A DNA stretch of 64,000 bases from an uncultured Clostridia bacterium (GTDB taxonomy: Bacteria > Bacillota > Clostridia > Christensenellales > CAG-138): NCBI GenBank assembly GCA_937915925.1, contig CALGGM010000088.1, positions 2,729-66,728 of the forward strand, read 5' to 3'. Made by a program: the position numbers and the translations under genes. Shown one piece after another: positions 37,255-47,304 of the stretch; the stretch's first letter is position 1; each line of letters begins with the position of its first letter. The notes beneath the pieces were generated by a model that made no database searches, had not been told where the DNA came from, and saw only the letters and a program-made list of their open reading frames with translations.

Positions 37255-38874
37255 ATGAAACGATGGATGAGCATTCTTTTGGCGGTAGTGATGATCGCGG
37301 CGATGTTTGCCTGCACGGGCACAGCCAACACACCGGCAACGGACAACACGAACACAAACACCAACACGAACACCAACCAGCAGACGGCTCCGGCAGAGGA
37401 GACGAAGCCCGAAAAGGAGGTCAACGTGGCGACCGGCGGCGAGGTCAAGGACACGATCAAGATCGCGCTTCCGAAGAACGTCAGCGAGCTGACCGGCTCC
37501 AAGGGCGGCACGAACGCGTTCAACGTTATGTTCCAGATGTACGATATGCTCGCCGAGCTGGACGAGGAAATGAAACTCACGCCGAAACTCGCAACCGAGT
37601 GGAAGCAGATCAACGATACCACGTGGCAGTTCACGCTGCGTGAGGGCGTTAAATTCCACGACGGCACAGACTTCACCGCAGAGGATGCAGTGGCGTCCAT
37701 CGAGCGTATCGTGACGATGGAGCCGAAGTACTTCTACGCCTCCAACTGGGGCGAAGCGTGGCCTCCTGCTGCGGAAGCAGACGGCGATTACACCCTGATC
37801 GTCACAACTCCGGCATACTGCCTGCAACTCCCGAACCTGCTTTCCCGTGTTCCGATGGTTCCGGCAGAGTACAAGGACAGCGAGAACTTCTTCTCCGAGA
37901 AGCTGATCGGCACCGGCGCGTACAAGTTTGTCAGCTGGGAAGCGGGCGTCAGCATCAAGCTCGAAGCGAACGAAGACTATTGGGATGGCGCACCGGCGGT
38001 CAAGAACCTGCAGTTTGACATCATCACCGATCAGGCGGCGCGTCTCACGGCGTTCCAGTCCGGCGAATATGACGTGGTCTTCGACCTGCCGTACGACAAC
38101 GTTCCTGCGCTCGAAGCGAGCGGCAAGCGCGTCGATAAGATCCCGCTGGTCTCCGTTTCGATGATCTACTTCAACCCGCAGAACTTTGAACGGAACCCGA
38201 TCATGGCGAACCCGACTTTCCGCAAAGCGCTCTGCTACGCGATCGACAGCTATGAGATCGTGCAGGGCATCATGGGCGGCTACGGTCATGTGGTCGAGGG
38301 CATCGCGAGCCATCAGACCATCGGCGCGGCAAACGGCGAAGGCCTTCCGCACTACGATCCCGACGAGGCGCAGCGGCTGATGAAGGAAGCCGGATACAAC
38401 GGCGAGGAGATCACATTCTTCTATGTCAACGGTGAGTTCAACAAGGCGATCGATATGTGTGAATATGCGGTTTCGCAGCTCGAAGCGGTCGGCGTCAACG
38501 TGAAGTTCCAGGAGATTGAAAGCGGCGTCTGGTCCTCCACCTATCAGGGCAAGGAAGGCTGGGACATCTGCGTGAACAACGTCCCCGGTACCTTCACCGG
38601 CTATGCGGATTACTACTGGCTCCATGCGCTTGAGAACAAGATCGGCTGGAGAGACGAAACGGTCAGCGCATACATCAAGGAAGCGAACGCGGCAAAGACG
38701 ATCGAAGAACGCACCGCAGCGCTTGAGAAGGCAATGGCGGCGGCATGGGAGCTTTATCCCTATCTGTGGGCATCCGAGGGCTACGGCATCTTCGGCGTCA
38801 CCGACAACCTTGCGGGCATCGAGTATGTACCGCTCAACATCCTCTACTACCGCGACGCATACTTTGCCAACTAA
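37255..38874 (+). CDS. ABC transporter substrate-binding lipoprotein, family 5 (Dpp/Opp/Nik type)
   Basis: Signal peptide with lipobox MFAC, an (NT)n linker, and size and pattern of cluster-C SBPs. Confidence 0.9.
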   Translation: MKRWMSILLAVVMIAAMFACTGTANTPATDNTNTNTNTNTNQQTAPAEETKPEKEVNVATGGEVKDTIKIALPKNVSELTGSKGGTNAFNVMFQMYDMLAELDEEMKLTPKLATEWKQINDTTWQFTLREGVKFHDGTDFTAEDAVASIERIVTMEPKYFYASNWGEAWPPAAEADGDYTLIVTTPAYCLQLPNLLSRVPMVPAEYKDSENFFSEKLIGTGAYKFVSWEAGVSIKLEANEDYWDGAPAVKNLQFDIITDQAARLTAFQSGEYDVVFDLPYDNVPALEASGKRVDKIPLVSVSMIYFNPQNFERNPIMANPTFRKALCYAIDSYEIVQGIMGGYGHVVEGIASHQTIGAANGEGLPHYDPDEAQRLMKEAGYNGEEITFFYVNGEFNKAIDMCEYAVSQLEAVGVNVKFQEIESGVWSSTYQGKEGWDICVNNVPGTFTGYADYYWLHALENKIGWRDETVSAYIKEANAAKTIEERTAALEKAMAAAWELYPYLWASEGYGIFGVTDNLAGIEYVPLNILYYRDAYFAN

Positions 38875-38946
38875 CGTGTAAACGATCGGGCAGGCAACTC
38901 TGTGGCAAAAGGTTGCCTGCCAATTTCTTTATCGGAGGTAACGACT

Positions 38947-39885
38947 TTGTTAAAAATGATTTTAACCAGACTCCTGCGCGGGCTCATTACGCTGGCAATC
39001 GTTACGGTTCTGGTGTTTGTCCTCCTCCGGTCTGTGCCGGGCGATATGGCGGCAATGCTCGCGGGTGGAGACGCGACGGAGGAGCAGGTCGAAGAGCTGC
39101 GGGAAATGTGGGGGCTCAATAAGAGTCTCGGAGAACAGTTTATCATTTACATTCGAAATCTATTAAAGGGCGACACGGGATGGTCGTACCAGTACCTTGA
39201 AAACGGCAAGCCGCTGTATACGGCGATGGATCTGGTGCTGATGCGTCTGCCGAATACGTTCCTGCTTGCGATTGCGGCGCTGGTGATCGCCCTGGTTGTC
39301 TCAATTCCGATCGGCGTCATCTCGGCGGTTAAGCCGGGCGGCTTTATCGACAACCTCGGTATGACGCTGACGTTTACGGTCCAATCGATTCCGATCTTCT
39401 TTATCGGCATGCTGCTGATTATGATTTTCTCACTGTGGACGGGGTTGCTCCCGACCGGCGGAAGCGGCAGCTTTGCACACCTGATCCTGCCGGCGGTCAC
39501 GCTTTCCGCGCACACCACGACGCAGCTTCTGCGCGTGACGCGCACCGAGGTCGGCCGCGTGATGGACAGCGACTTTATCCGCACTTCGCGCGCAAAGGGC
39601 CTCAGCACGCGCAGCGTCATCTTTAAGCACGGCCTGAGAAACGCAATGATTCCGCTCGTGACGGTCATCGGTCTTCGCTTCGGCGCGCTGCTGCACGGTG
39701 CGGTCATCTGCGAGACGCTGTTCCGCTGGCCGGGCATCGGCAATCTTCTGATCACGTCGCTGAACAACCGCGACTATGCGGTCGTCCAGATTCTTGTACC
39801 CTACACGGCGTTCATCTTTATTGTACTGAATATCATCGTTGACATTCTGTACGGTATCCTGGACCCGCGTATCCGCGTCAAGTAA
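38947..39885 (+). CDS. ABC transporter permease (DppB/OppB-like)
   Basis: TTG start 8 nt after GGAGG gives MLKMILTRLLRGL.., and an EAA-type loop (RTSRAKGLS) is present. Confidence 0.88.
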   Translation: MLKMILTRLLRGLITLAIVTVLVFVLLRSVPGDMAAMLAGGDATEEQVEELREMWGLNKSLGEQFIIYIRNLLKGDTGWSYQYLENGKPLYTAMDLVLMRLPNTFLLAIAALVIALVVSIPIGVISAVKPGGFIDNLGMTLTFTVQSIPIFFIGMLLIMIFSLWTGLLPTGGSGSFAHLILPAVTLSAHTTTQLLRVTRTEVGRVMDSDFIRTSRAKGLSTRSVIFKHGLRNAMIPLVTVIGLRFGALLHGAVICETLFRWPGIGNLLITSLNNRDYAVVQILVPYTAFIFIVLNIIVDILYGILDPRIRVK

Positions 39886-39895
39886 GAGGTGGCAT

Positions 39896-40753
39896 ATGGA
39901 AAAGAAACAAGCGAACAACAAAAAGCCGGAGCTCGTACCGTGGATTCAGCGGCGCGGCGCGAAGCAGGTGCTGGTCGGCAGCATCCTGATCGGCGTCATG
40001 GTTCTTTTGAGCCTGATCTCGCTCGTCTATACGCCGTACAATCCGAACGCATCGTCCCTTTCCGAGCGCTCCCTGCCGCCGTTTTCCGAAAACCACGTGT
40101 TCGGCACCGACAACCTCGGTCGCGATATGTTAAGCCGGGTTATGAAGGGCGGCACGGTATCCTTGAGCATTGCGGCGCTTGCAATCGTCGGCACGACCTT
40201 CATCGGCGCCGTGCTGGGACTTTTGAGCGGCTATTACGGAGGTTGGGTCGACCATGTATTCAACATGATTGCGGAGATTCAGAACTCGATTCCGACCATG
40301 CTTCTCATCATCCTGTTCCTCGCGGTGCTCGGACCGAGCATCATTTCCGTCGCCGTCGTTTTAGCGTTTGCGGACTGGGTCGGCATCTTCCGCACCGTGC
40401 GTTCGAGAACGATGGTCGAAAAGAACAAGGACTACGTTGCGGCGTGCAAAACGATGGGCGCATCCGACGCGCGCATCATCTTCCGGCACCTGCTGCCGAA
40501 CGTTATGACGACGATCATCGTCATGTCGACGCTGATCATCGGCACCGTCATCATCACCGAGGCAAACCTGAGCTACCTGGGCGTTGGCGTCGCAAGACCG
40601 AACCCGTCGTGGGGCCGCATGATCAGCGACGGCGAATCCTACATCGGCACCGCGCCGTGGATTTCGATCGTTCCCGCGATCTCGGTCATTATCTCGGTCA
40701 TCGGCATCAACCTCGCGGGCGACGGTCTGCGCAAAATGAGCAAGATGGAGTGA
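39896..40753 (+). CDS. ABC transporter permease (DppC/OppC-like)
   Basis: Start MEKKQANNKK. Contains the typical GTDNLGRD motif and six TM segments. Confidence 0.9.
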   Translation: MEKKQANNKKPELVPWIQRRGAKQVLVGSILIGVMVLLSLISLVYTPYNPNASSLSERSLPPFSENHVFGTDNLGRDMLSRVMKGGTVSLSIAALAIVGTTFIGAVLGLLSGYYGGWVDHVFNMIAEIQNSIPTMLLIILFLAVLGPSIISVAVVLAFADWVGIFRTVRSRTMVEKNKDYVAACKTMGASDARIIFRHLLPNVMTTIIVMSTLIIGTVIITEANLSYLGVGVARPNPSWGRMISDGESYIGTAPWISIVPAISVIISVIGINLAGDGLRKMSKME

Positions 40754-40758
40754 CGCCT

Positions 40759-41139
40759 ATGGTACGAAAGATAGATCACATTGATATCCGCGTATCGGAT
40801 CTCGAAGCAGCGGAACGGTTTTTCGCCACACTCGGCATGGAGGTGCTTCGCCGCATGCCTGCGCCGCGCAACTCCCTTGAAATGAAGCTTCCGGGTGGCA
40901 ATCAGGTCGTGTTTGAAATCCGCCTTGCAAAGGAAGGCGAGCCGCGCGGCATCGCGCACGTCGGCTTTGAGATCGACTCCGCAGAGGACGTTGAGGCTTT
41001 GGAACAGGCGGGACTCCCGTTTTCCGGCAAAAACCGCTTTGTACCCGCAAGCGGCAGAACAGTCAGCAACTTTACCGACACGGACGGCGGCAAGTGGCAG
41101 CTGACGATTGCACAGAAGGAGGATGCGTCGAATGGCTGA
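40759..41139 (+). CDS. VOC (glyoxalase/bleomycin-resistance/dioxygenase) family protein
   Basis: 126 aa, MVRKIDHIDIRVSDLEAAERFF..GIAHVGFEI.., in the tail of a spurious 416-aa track ORF. It lies between the permease and ATPase genes, and its stop overlaps the next start. Confidence 0.8.
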   Translation: MVRKIDHIDIRVSDLEAAERFFATLGMEVLRRMPAPRNSLEMKLPGGNQVVFEIRLAKEGEPRGIAHVGFEIDSAEDVEALEQAGLPFSGKNRFVPASGRTVSNFTDTDGGKWQLTIAQKEDASNG

Positions 41140-42115
41140 TCAGAAACCCTTATTGGAACTCAAAAACGTCGTGACCCGATTCAAGACTGACGAAGGTCTG
41201 ATTACAATCTTAGATCACGTGAATTTCTCGATCGGTCATGCCGAAACGGTCGGCGTCGTCGGCGAATCCGGCAGCGGCAAGAGCGTGACCGCACTCTCGG
41301 TCATGCGGCTGCTTCCGCGCCTGACCGGTCAGATCGCGGAGGGCGAAATTCTCTACGAGGGCAAAGATCTTGTGAAGCTTTCCGAAAAGGAGATGCAGGC
41401 AGTTCGCGGCAAGGACATCGCCATGATCTTCCAGGAGCCGATGACCTCGCTCGATCCGGTCTATACTGTCGGCTCGCAGATCATGGAGAGCATCATCCGC
41501 CATGAGCATCTCAGCAAGGTTAAGGCCAAGGAAAAGGCGATCGATCTGCTTCGGCAGGTCGGAATTCCCTCCCCAGAAAAGCGCGTGAACGACTATCCGC
41601 ATCAGCTTTCCGGCGGCATGCGGCAGCGCGTCATGATCGCGATTGCGCTCTCGTGCAACCCGAAGCTTTTGATCGCGGACGAACCGACGACCGCGCTTGA
41701 CGTGACGATTCAGGCGCAGATTCTCGACATCATGCGCCGTCTCAAGAAGGAACGCGAAATGTCGATCTGGCTGGTCACGCACGACCTTTCCGTCATTGCG
41801 GAGATGTGCGACCGCGTGATCGTCATGTATGGCGGCAGAGTGTGCGAGATCGCGACAGCGGAACAGCTGTTCCGAAATCCGCAGCATCCGTACACGATCG
41901 GGCTCATGGGCTCCATCCCGCGCATGGACAGGGACGTCGACGTGCTCAACGTCATCCCCGGCGCCGTGCCGAATTTCAAGCATCCGCCGACGGGCTGCCG
42001 CTTCCATCCGCGCTGCGACCGCGTGTGCGAGCAATGCAAGCAGGATGCGCCGCAGCTTGTTGAGATTGAGCCGGGACACTTTGTGGCATGCTACAACTGC
42101 CAAAAACAAGCGTAA
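41132..42115 (+). CDS. ABC transporter ATPase (DppD/OppD-like)
   Basis: Walker A GESGSGKS, LSGGMRQR and LIADEPTTALD, plus the C-terminal oligopeptide-type extension with Cys residues. Confidence 0.93.
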   Translation: MADQKPLLELKNVVTRFKTDEGLITILDHVNFSIGHAETVGVVGESGSGKSVTALSVMRLLPRLTGQIAEGEILYEGKDLVKLSEKEMQAVRGKDIAMIFQEPMTSLDPVYTVGSQIMESIIRHEHLSKVKAKEKAIDLLRQVGIPSPEKRVNDYPHQLSGGMRQRVMIAIALSCNPKLLIADEPTTALDVTIQAQILDIMRRLKKEREMSIWLVTHDLSVIAEMCDRVIVMYGGRVCEIATAEQLFRNPQHPYTIGLMGSIPRMDRDVDVLNVIPGAVPNFKHPPTGCRFHPRCDRVCEQCKQDAPQLVEIEPGHFVACYNCQKQA

Positions 42116-42128
42116 GGTGGATAAGCGT

Positions 42129-43160
42129 ATGACAAATCAAATCGATACAAACAGTCTGCTCCGCGTGGAGGATTTGAAAACCTGGTTCCCCGCAAAGAAC
42201 AACAGCCTTCTGCCGACGGAGAAGAAGTTCGTCAAGGCGGTCGACGGCGTGTCGTTCGAGCTGAAGCAGGGCGAAACGTTCGGGCTGGTCGGCGAGTCCG
42301 GCTGCGGCAAAACGACGATCGGCAAGACGATTCTGCGCCTGGAAAAGGCGACGGCGGGCAAGGTGCTGTTCGAGGGCAAGGACGTCTTTTCCCTGAACAG
42401 GCAGGAGCTCAAGGGCTTCCGTCAAAAGACACAGATGGTCTTTCAGGATCCGTATTCGTCGCTCGACCCGCGCATGACCGTCGAGAAGATCATTCAGGAA
42501 AACATGATCATCCACAAGGCGTACAGCAAGGAGGAGCGCGAAGCACGTACCGAAAAGCTGCTCGAGGACGTCGGTCTTGCCGGATTCCATGCAAGGCGAT
42601 TCCCGCCGGAGCTTTCGGGCGGACAGCGTCAGCGCGTCTGCATCGCAAGAGCGCTTTCGCTGAATCCGAAGATGGTCGTCTGCGACGAGCCGGTTTCCGC
42701 GCTCGATGTTTCGATCCAATCGCAGGTACTGAACCTTCTCATGGATCTCAAGAACAGCTACGGGCTTTCCTATCTGTTCATCGCGCACGGCATGGCGGTC
42801 GTCAAGCATATTTCGGACCGCATCGGCGTTATGTACCTCGGCAAAATGATGGAGATCTCTCCGAAGTCCGAGCTGTATGCGCAGCCGCTGCATCCGTATA
42901 CGCAGGCGCTGCTGTCGTCGATCCCGATCCCTGAGCCCGGTCTGAAGCGCGAGCGCATCATCCTGAAGGGCGACGTGCCTTCGCCGCTCAATCCGCCGAC
43001 AGGCTGCCGCTTCCATACGCGCTGCAAATTCGCGCGGCCGGAATGCAGGGAATGCGAACCGTGTCTCCGGGAGATCGCAAAGGACCATTTTGTGGCGTGC
43101 CATCTCTATGACGACGCGCCGGAAGTCAAAAAAACGGAACAGGAGGAAAACAAGGAATGA
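42129..43160 (+). CDS. ABC transporter ATPase (DppF/OppF-like)
   Basis: Walker A GESGCGKTT, LSGGQRQR and VVCDEPVSALD. The track start at 41829 is rejected. Confidence 0.93.
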   Translation: MTNQIDTNSLLRVEDLKTWFPAKNNSLLPTEKKFVKAVDGVSFELKQGETFGLVGESGCGKTTIGKTILRLEKATAGKVLFEGKDVFSLNRQELKGFRQKTQMVFQDPYSSLDPRMTVEKIIQENMIIHKAYSKEEREARTEKLLEDVGLAGFHARRFPPELSGGQRQRVCIARALSLNPKMVVCDEPVSALDVSIQSQVLNLLMDLKNSYGLSYLFIAHGMAVVKHISDRIGVMYLGKMMEISPKSELYAQPLHPYTQALLSSIPIPEPGLKRERIILKGDVPSPLNPPTGCRFHTRCKFARPECRECEPCLREIAKDHFVACHLYDDAPEVKKTEQEENKE

Positions 43161-43513
43161 TTACGGGAATTGATCATATCGAATTCTGCGTCGGCAACAT
43201 CGAAGAGGTCGCCGCGTACTTTGCCAAGATGGGCTTTACCGAGGTTGCCCGCACGGATCACCACGGCGGCGCGATCGTCATGAAAATGCCCGGCGAACAG
43301 GGCACGCTGTTTGAATTTCACGTCGGCAAGGACATCGAAGCACCGGGACTCAATCACATCGCATTCAAGGTCGACGATATGCAAAAGACCTACGAAACGT
43401 TCACCGCAAACGGCGTACCGTTTGTCGCGCCGCCGAAGTTCAGCGAACGCAAGCAGCAAAATATGGCAAATTCACGCTGTCCGGCACATATGCGGTATCA
43501 GTTTGTCGATTGA
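43157..43513 (+). CDS. VOC family protein (second copy)
   Basis: MITGIDHIEFCVGNIEEVAAYF..GLNHIAFKVDD. ATGA overlap with the upstream ATPase gene. Confidence 0.8.
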   Translation: MITGIDHIEFCVGNIEEVAAYFAKMGFTEVARTDHHGGAIVMKMPGEQGTLFEFHVGKDIEAPGLNHIAFKVDDMQKTYETFTANGVPFVAPPKFSERKQQNMANSRCPAHMRYQFVD

Positions 43514-43566
43514 TCAAAGCGACCGTCAACCCCGATCGGGGTTGACAGAAAAGACAGGTGACAGAA

Positions 43567-44835
43567 ATGGGAAAAACTATGGCGGAAAAGCTGCTCGCAC
43601 GCAGCAGCGGACGTGAAGTTCGTGCAGGGGAGATCGTCTCCGCACGCGCCGACCGCATTTTGATCAACGACTACGTAGGCGACCTGGTATTTTCAAAGCT
43701 CAAAGCACTCGGCGTAGACCGGCTCGCTTTCGATCCGGAGCGCATCATGCTGGTAACCGATCACAATCTGCCCGCTTTCACCGTCGACGCGGCGGATAAG
43801 CTCGTGCGGTTTCGCGACTACGCAAAGCAGTACGGCATCACGCACACGACCAAACTCGGCATGCACGGCATCGGACATCAGATGATGGTTGAGGGCTTTG
43901 TACATCCGTTGGAGCTTGCGGTCGGCACGGACTCGCACGGCACAATGTACGGCGGCGTCGGCGCGTTCGCCTGCGGCATCACAACGACCGACGCGGTGTC
44001 CCTTCTTGCGCTTGGGGAGATGTGGATGAAGATCCCGGAAACGGTGCAGATCCGTCTTACGAGAGCCCTGCAAAGGGGTGTGACCGCAAAGGATGTGAGC
44101 CTGAATCTCTTACGCCTCTTTCCTGAGGAAACCTATACCTATCGCGCGGTCGAGCTTGTAGGGGACGGCGCGGATCGGCTGAGCGTGGATTCCCGCCTCG
44201 TTATTGCGAACATGATGGCGGAGGGCGGCGTCAAGACGGCGCTGTTCGAATCGGACGAAAAGACGTACGCCGCGTGCGGGTGTGAACCCGGGGAACGTCT
44301 GCGCTCGGACTTCGACGCCACGTTTGCCGAAACCGCGGAGCTGTCGCTTGACACGCTTGTACCGATGCTGTCCTGCCCGAACTCGCCGGCGAACGCAAAG
44401 CCTGTTTCGGAGGTCGCGCCGATTCCGGTCGATCAGGTCTTTATCGGCTCGTGCACCAACGGGAGATTGGAGGATCTCCGGCAGGCAGCGGAGGTGCTGA
44501 AGGGCAGAACCGTTGCAAAAAACACGCGGCTTCTGGTCACGCCAGCAAGTCAGAAGATCCTGCTGCAGGCGACCAAAGAAGGCGTCATAGAGACGCTGCT
44601 CGAAGCCGGCGCGGCGATCCTGCCGCCGAGCTGCGCCTCCTGCGCAGGGCACGGACCGGGGCTGATCGGCAAGGGCGAGGTGTGCGTCAGCACGACCAAC
44701 CGCAACTTTAAAGGCCGCATGGGCAGCAGCGAAGCGAGCGTGTATCTCGGCTCCGCGTATACCGCTGCGGCGTGCGCGGTCGCCGGACACGTTGCGGATC
44801 CCAGAGAATTCTTACAGGGAGCGGTGAGCGTATGA
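43567..44835 (+). CDS. Aconitase-superfamily dehydratase, large subunit (LeuC/HacA-like)
   Basis: GTDSHG, IGSCTNGR and PSCASCAG cluster-ligand motifs. SD AGGTGA precedes ATG 43567. Confidence 0.9.
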   Translation: MGKTMAEKLLARSSGREVRAGEIVSARADRILINDYVGDLVFSKLKALGVDRLAFDPERIMLVTDHNLPAFTVDAADKLVRFRDYAKQYGITHTTKLGMHGIGHQMMVEGFVHPLELAVGTDSHGTMYGGVGAFACGITTTDAVSLLALGEMWMKIPETVQIRLTRALQRGVTAKDVSLNLLRLFPEETYTYRAVELVGDGADRLSVDSRLVIANMMAEGGVKTALFESDEKTYAACGCEPGERLRSDFDATFAETAELSLDTLVPMLSCPNSPANAKPVSEVAPIPVDQVFIGSCTNGRLEDLRQAAEVLKGRTVAKNTRLLVTPASQKILLQATKEGVIETLLEAGAAILPPSCASCAGHGPGLIGKGEVCVSTTNRNFKGRMGSSEASVYLGSAYTAAACAVAGHVADPREFLQGAVSV

Positions 44836-45365
44836 GTGAACGAATTGAAGGCAAAAGCTGGATCTGCGGCGACTCGGTCACTGTCTATCAGGTACTTGCC
44901 GAATCGCACTGGACAATGAAGCAGATGGACGCCGAGGAAATGAGCCATTGGGTCTTTGACGAACTGGAGCTGCGCGCAACCGGCAAAAAGGACGGCTTTC
45001 GCAATCTCGGCTACGATATCGTCATCGCGGGCAAGTGCTTCGGCTGCGGCAGCAAGAGCGTCGAGCATCCGATGGCGGCGCTGAAAGCTGCGGGCGTCAA
45101 GCTGATCATCGCGGAATCGACCTCCCGATACAGCTATCGCAACGCGATCAATCTTGCGCTGCCGGTGCTGCTCTGCCCGGACATTACAAAGAAGGTACAT
45201 CCTGACGACGTGCTTTCCGTTGACATCTTAGAGGGCAATATCAAGAATCTAACGACCGGCGAGGAATGGTCGGCAACCGGCCTCGGCCCGTTTGCGGGCA
45301 AAATCATCAGCGCCGGCGGCATGACGGAAATGATCAGACAAAGGAGAAAAGAATATGGGCTGTGA
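44832..45365 (+). CDS. Aconitase-superfamily dehydratase, small (swivel) subunit (LeuD-like)
   Basis: 177 aa, ..IVIAGKCFGCGSKSVEHP..LIIAESTSRYSYRNAINLALP... ATGA overlap with the large subunit gene. Confidence 0.85.
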   Translation: MSERIEGKSWICGDSVTVYQVLAESHWTMKQMDAEEMSHWVFDELELRATGKKDGFRNLGYDIVIAGKCFGCGSKSVEHPMAALKAAGVKLIIAESTSRYSYRNAINLALPVLLCPDITKKVHPDDVLSVDILEGNIKNLTTGEEWSATGLGPFAGKIISAGGMTEMIRQRRKEYGL

Positions 45366-46053
45366 CATCGGCAATCGAATTATCATGAATTTTGAGCGCA
45401 CGCCGCGCGAGCTGGTCGAGGCGTACGACGGCATTCCGTCCAGCAACATCGGCGACATGATGAACCGTCTTTACTGTATGCGTTCCTATCTGAACCGCAT
45501 CGGTCGGCACGACATCCACATGCACGGCACGGCGTTCACGGTCAAAGTACCGGACGGCGATAATGTATTTTTGCACAAAGCGCTCGATCTGGCGCAGCCC
45601 GGCGACGTCATCATCGTCGACGGCAACGGCTGCACCTCGCGGTCGCTCTGCGGCGAAATCATGTTCACCTATGCGCAGCAGCGCGGCATCGCGGGGCTCG
45701 TGGTGGACGGCGCGATCCGCGACAGCGACGCGCTCGATCATCTGGAACTGCCGGTGTACGCGGCGGCGATCACCCCGCAGGGACCGTACAAGAACGGACC
45801 GGGCGAGATCAACGTGCCGGTCAGCTGCGGCGGACAGGTTGTGTTCCCCGGCGATCTCATCGTCGGCGACGCGGACGGCGTATGCGTCATCCGCAGGGAC
45901 GACGCCGAGATGATCCTGAAGCTCGTTCGGGAGAAGTTCGACGGCGAGCAGGTCACCCTGGAGAACTACCGCAAGGGTATTCTCGATCGGGAGAAGCACA
46001 GCGCGACGTACGACGCGATTCTCAATAAGCTCAATACGACCATCCGCGAATAA
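45355..46053 (+). CDS. RraA-family protein (second copy)
   Basis: GDVIIVDGNG..CGEIM...GIAGLVVDGAIRD...PGDLIVGDADGV. Confidence 0.88.
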   Translation: MGCDIGNRIIMNFERTPRELVEAYDGIPSSNIGDMMNRLYCMRSYLNRIGRHDIHMHGTAFTVKVPDGDNVFLHKALDLAQPGDVIIVDGNGCTSRSLCGEIMFTYAQQRGIAGLVVDGAIRDSDALDHLELPVYAAAITPQGPYKNGPGEINVPVSCGGQVVFPGDLIVGDADGVCVIRRDDAEMILKLVREKFDGEQVTLENYRKGILDREKHSATYDAILNKLNTTIRE

Positions 46054-46062
46054 ACCGGAGCG

Positions 46063-46090
46063 AAAGGCAGGGCGGTACGTCTCTGCCTTT
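46063..46090 (+). terminator. Stem-loop AAAGGCAG/CTGCCTTT followed by CTTCTT
   Basis: 8-bp stem 10 nt after the RraA-2 stop. Confidence 0.5.
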
Positions 46091-46101
46091 CTTCTTGAAT
46101 C

Positions 46102-47100
46102 ATGACAGAAACACAAAACAGAAACAAACAGGTGCGAAAAATCGCGGTATTCGGGGACTTCCTCGGCGAACAGGAACGCCGGAAAATCGAAACGACCGTT
46201 GCTCCGCACGGGTTTTCCGTGCAGTATCACGCAAGGAATACGCCGCCCGAAGGTTTGATCGACGATTGCGAGATCGTATACGGCTCGATCGGGCCGGACG
46301 CGGTTCGTGCGGCGAAAAGCGCCCGCTGGATCTGCGCTGCCCGCGCCGGCGTCAATACGCTGTGCGATGAGTCCCTCTATCGGAATCCGGATTGCATCCT
46401 ATCCAATTCCTGCGGCGCGTACGGCGTCACGGTTGCGGAGCACACCGTCATGCTGCTGCTGATGCTTCTGCGGCGGCAGCCGGAAAACGACACCGCCCTC
46501 CGCGCGGGCGGCTGGAAGCCGGAAAAGAAACAGATTATGACGGTATCCGGCAGCCGGATCACCGTGCTCGGGACGGGCGATCTCGGCAGCTGCTTTGCAG
46601 AGCGGATCCGTGCGTTCCATCCGAAAAAGCTGCTCGGCGTCCGCAAAAATCCGGAAAAACAAAATCCGCTGTTCGATGAAATCTGCGGAATTTCCGAGCT
46701 CGAACAAGTTCTGCCGGAGACGGATATCCTCGTGATGTGCCTCCCGGACACCAAAGAAACGGCCGGACTGATGTCCGCCGAGCGGATCGCGCTGCTTCCG
46801 AAGGAGAGCTGTCTCATCAACGTCGGTCGCGGCACCGCTGTGGACCAGTCCGCTCTTTTGAGCGCACTGTCTTCAGGGCGGCTCAACGGCGCAGCGCTGG
46901 ATGTCGTCGATCCGGAACCGCCCGCGTCGGATGATCCGGTTCGGCACACCGACAGCCTGATCCTCACGCCGCACGTCGCAGGAAACACCAATAATCGCCT
47001 TTCGATAGACAACCTGATCGATCTATTCTGCGCCGAGTTCGAGCGCTACGTTTCCGGCAAACCGCTTCTGCATCGGATCGACCGCAAAAGAGGGTACTGA
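46102..47100 (+). CDS. D-isomer-specific 2-hydroxyacid dehydrogenase family protein
   Basis: NAD fold GTGDLG and the catalytic pattern NVGRG..D...L.....GAALDV...EP......TPHVAG. Confidence 0.88.
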   Translation: MTETQNRNKQVRKIAVFGDFLGEQERRKIETTVAPHGFSVQYHARNTPPEGLIDDCEIVYGSIGPDAVRAAKSARWICAARAGVNTLCDESLYRNPDCILSNSCGAYGVTVAEHTVMLLLMLLRRQPENDTALRAGGWKPEKKQIMTVSGSRITVLGTGDLGSCFAERIRAFHPKKLLGVRKNPEKQNPLFDEICGISELEQVLPETDILVMCLPDTKETAGLMSAERIALLPKESCLINVGRGTAVDQSALLSALSSGRLNGAALDVVDPEPPASDDPVRHTDSLILTPHVAGNTNNRLSIDNLIDLFCAEFERYVSGKPLLHRIDRKRGY

Positions 47101-47172
47101 CGCCATATTTGAATGCGGGAAAACAGACAAAACGCGGAGGGTATACGCGTGTAATCCCGTGATTTCCGGACA

Positions 47173-47270
47173 GATTGAACCAAAAGAAAAACGCCGAAAA
47201 CCCGGGCATTCTGCCGCTTATCGCAAAACTGCCTGGATTTTCGGCAGTTTTGCGCTTTATAGCCGACCTG
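47173..47270 (+). repeat. Repeat family R, copy 2 (more diverged)
   Basis: GATTGAACCAAAAGAAAAACGCCGAAAACCCGGG...TTTTCGGCAGTTTTGCGCTTTATAGCCGACCTG. Confidence 0.6.
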
Positions 47271-47304
47271 CCGTCACTTAAGGGGAACGTTATCTTTCGA
47301 CGGG

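Noticed and set aside
36395-38625. Track ORFs 36395-37237 (+, 280 aa, Arg/Gly-rich) and 37234-38625 (-, 463 aa)
   Set aside because: They are an alternative frame and the antisense strand of the PIG-L deacetylase and SBP genes, which carry clear family motifs and SD sequences.
39889-41139. 416-aa plus-strand ORF spanning the permease gene
   Set aside because: Only its last 126 codons (from ATG 40759) make a coherent VOC-family protein. The upstream part is an out-of-frame overlap of the DppC-like permease gene with Arg-rich nonsense composition.
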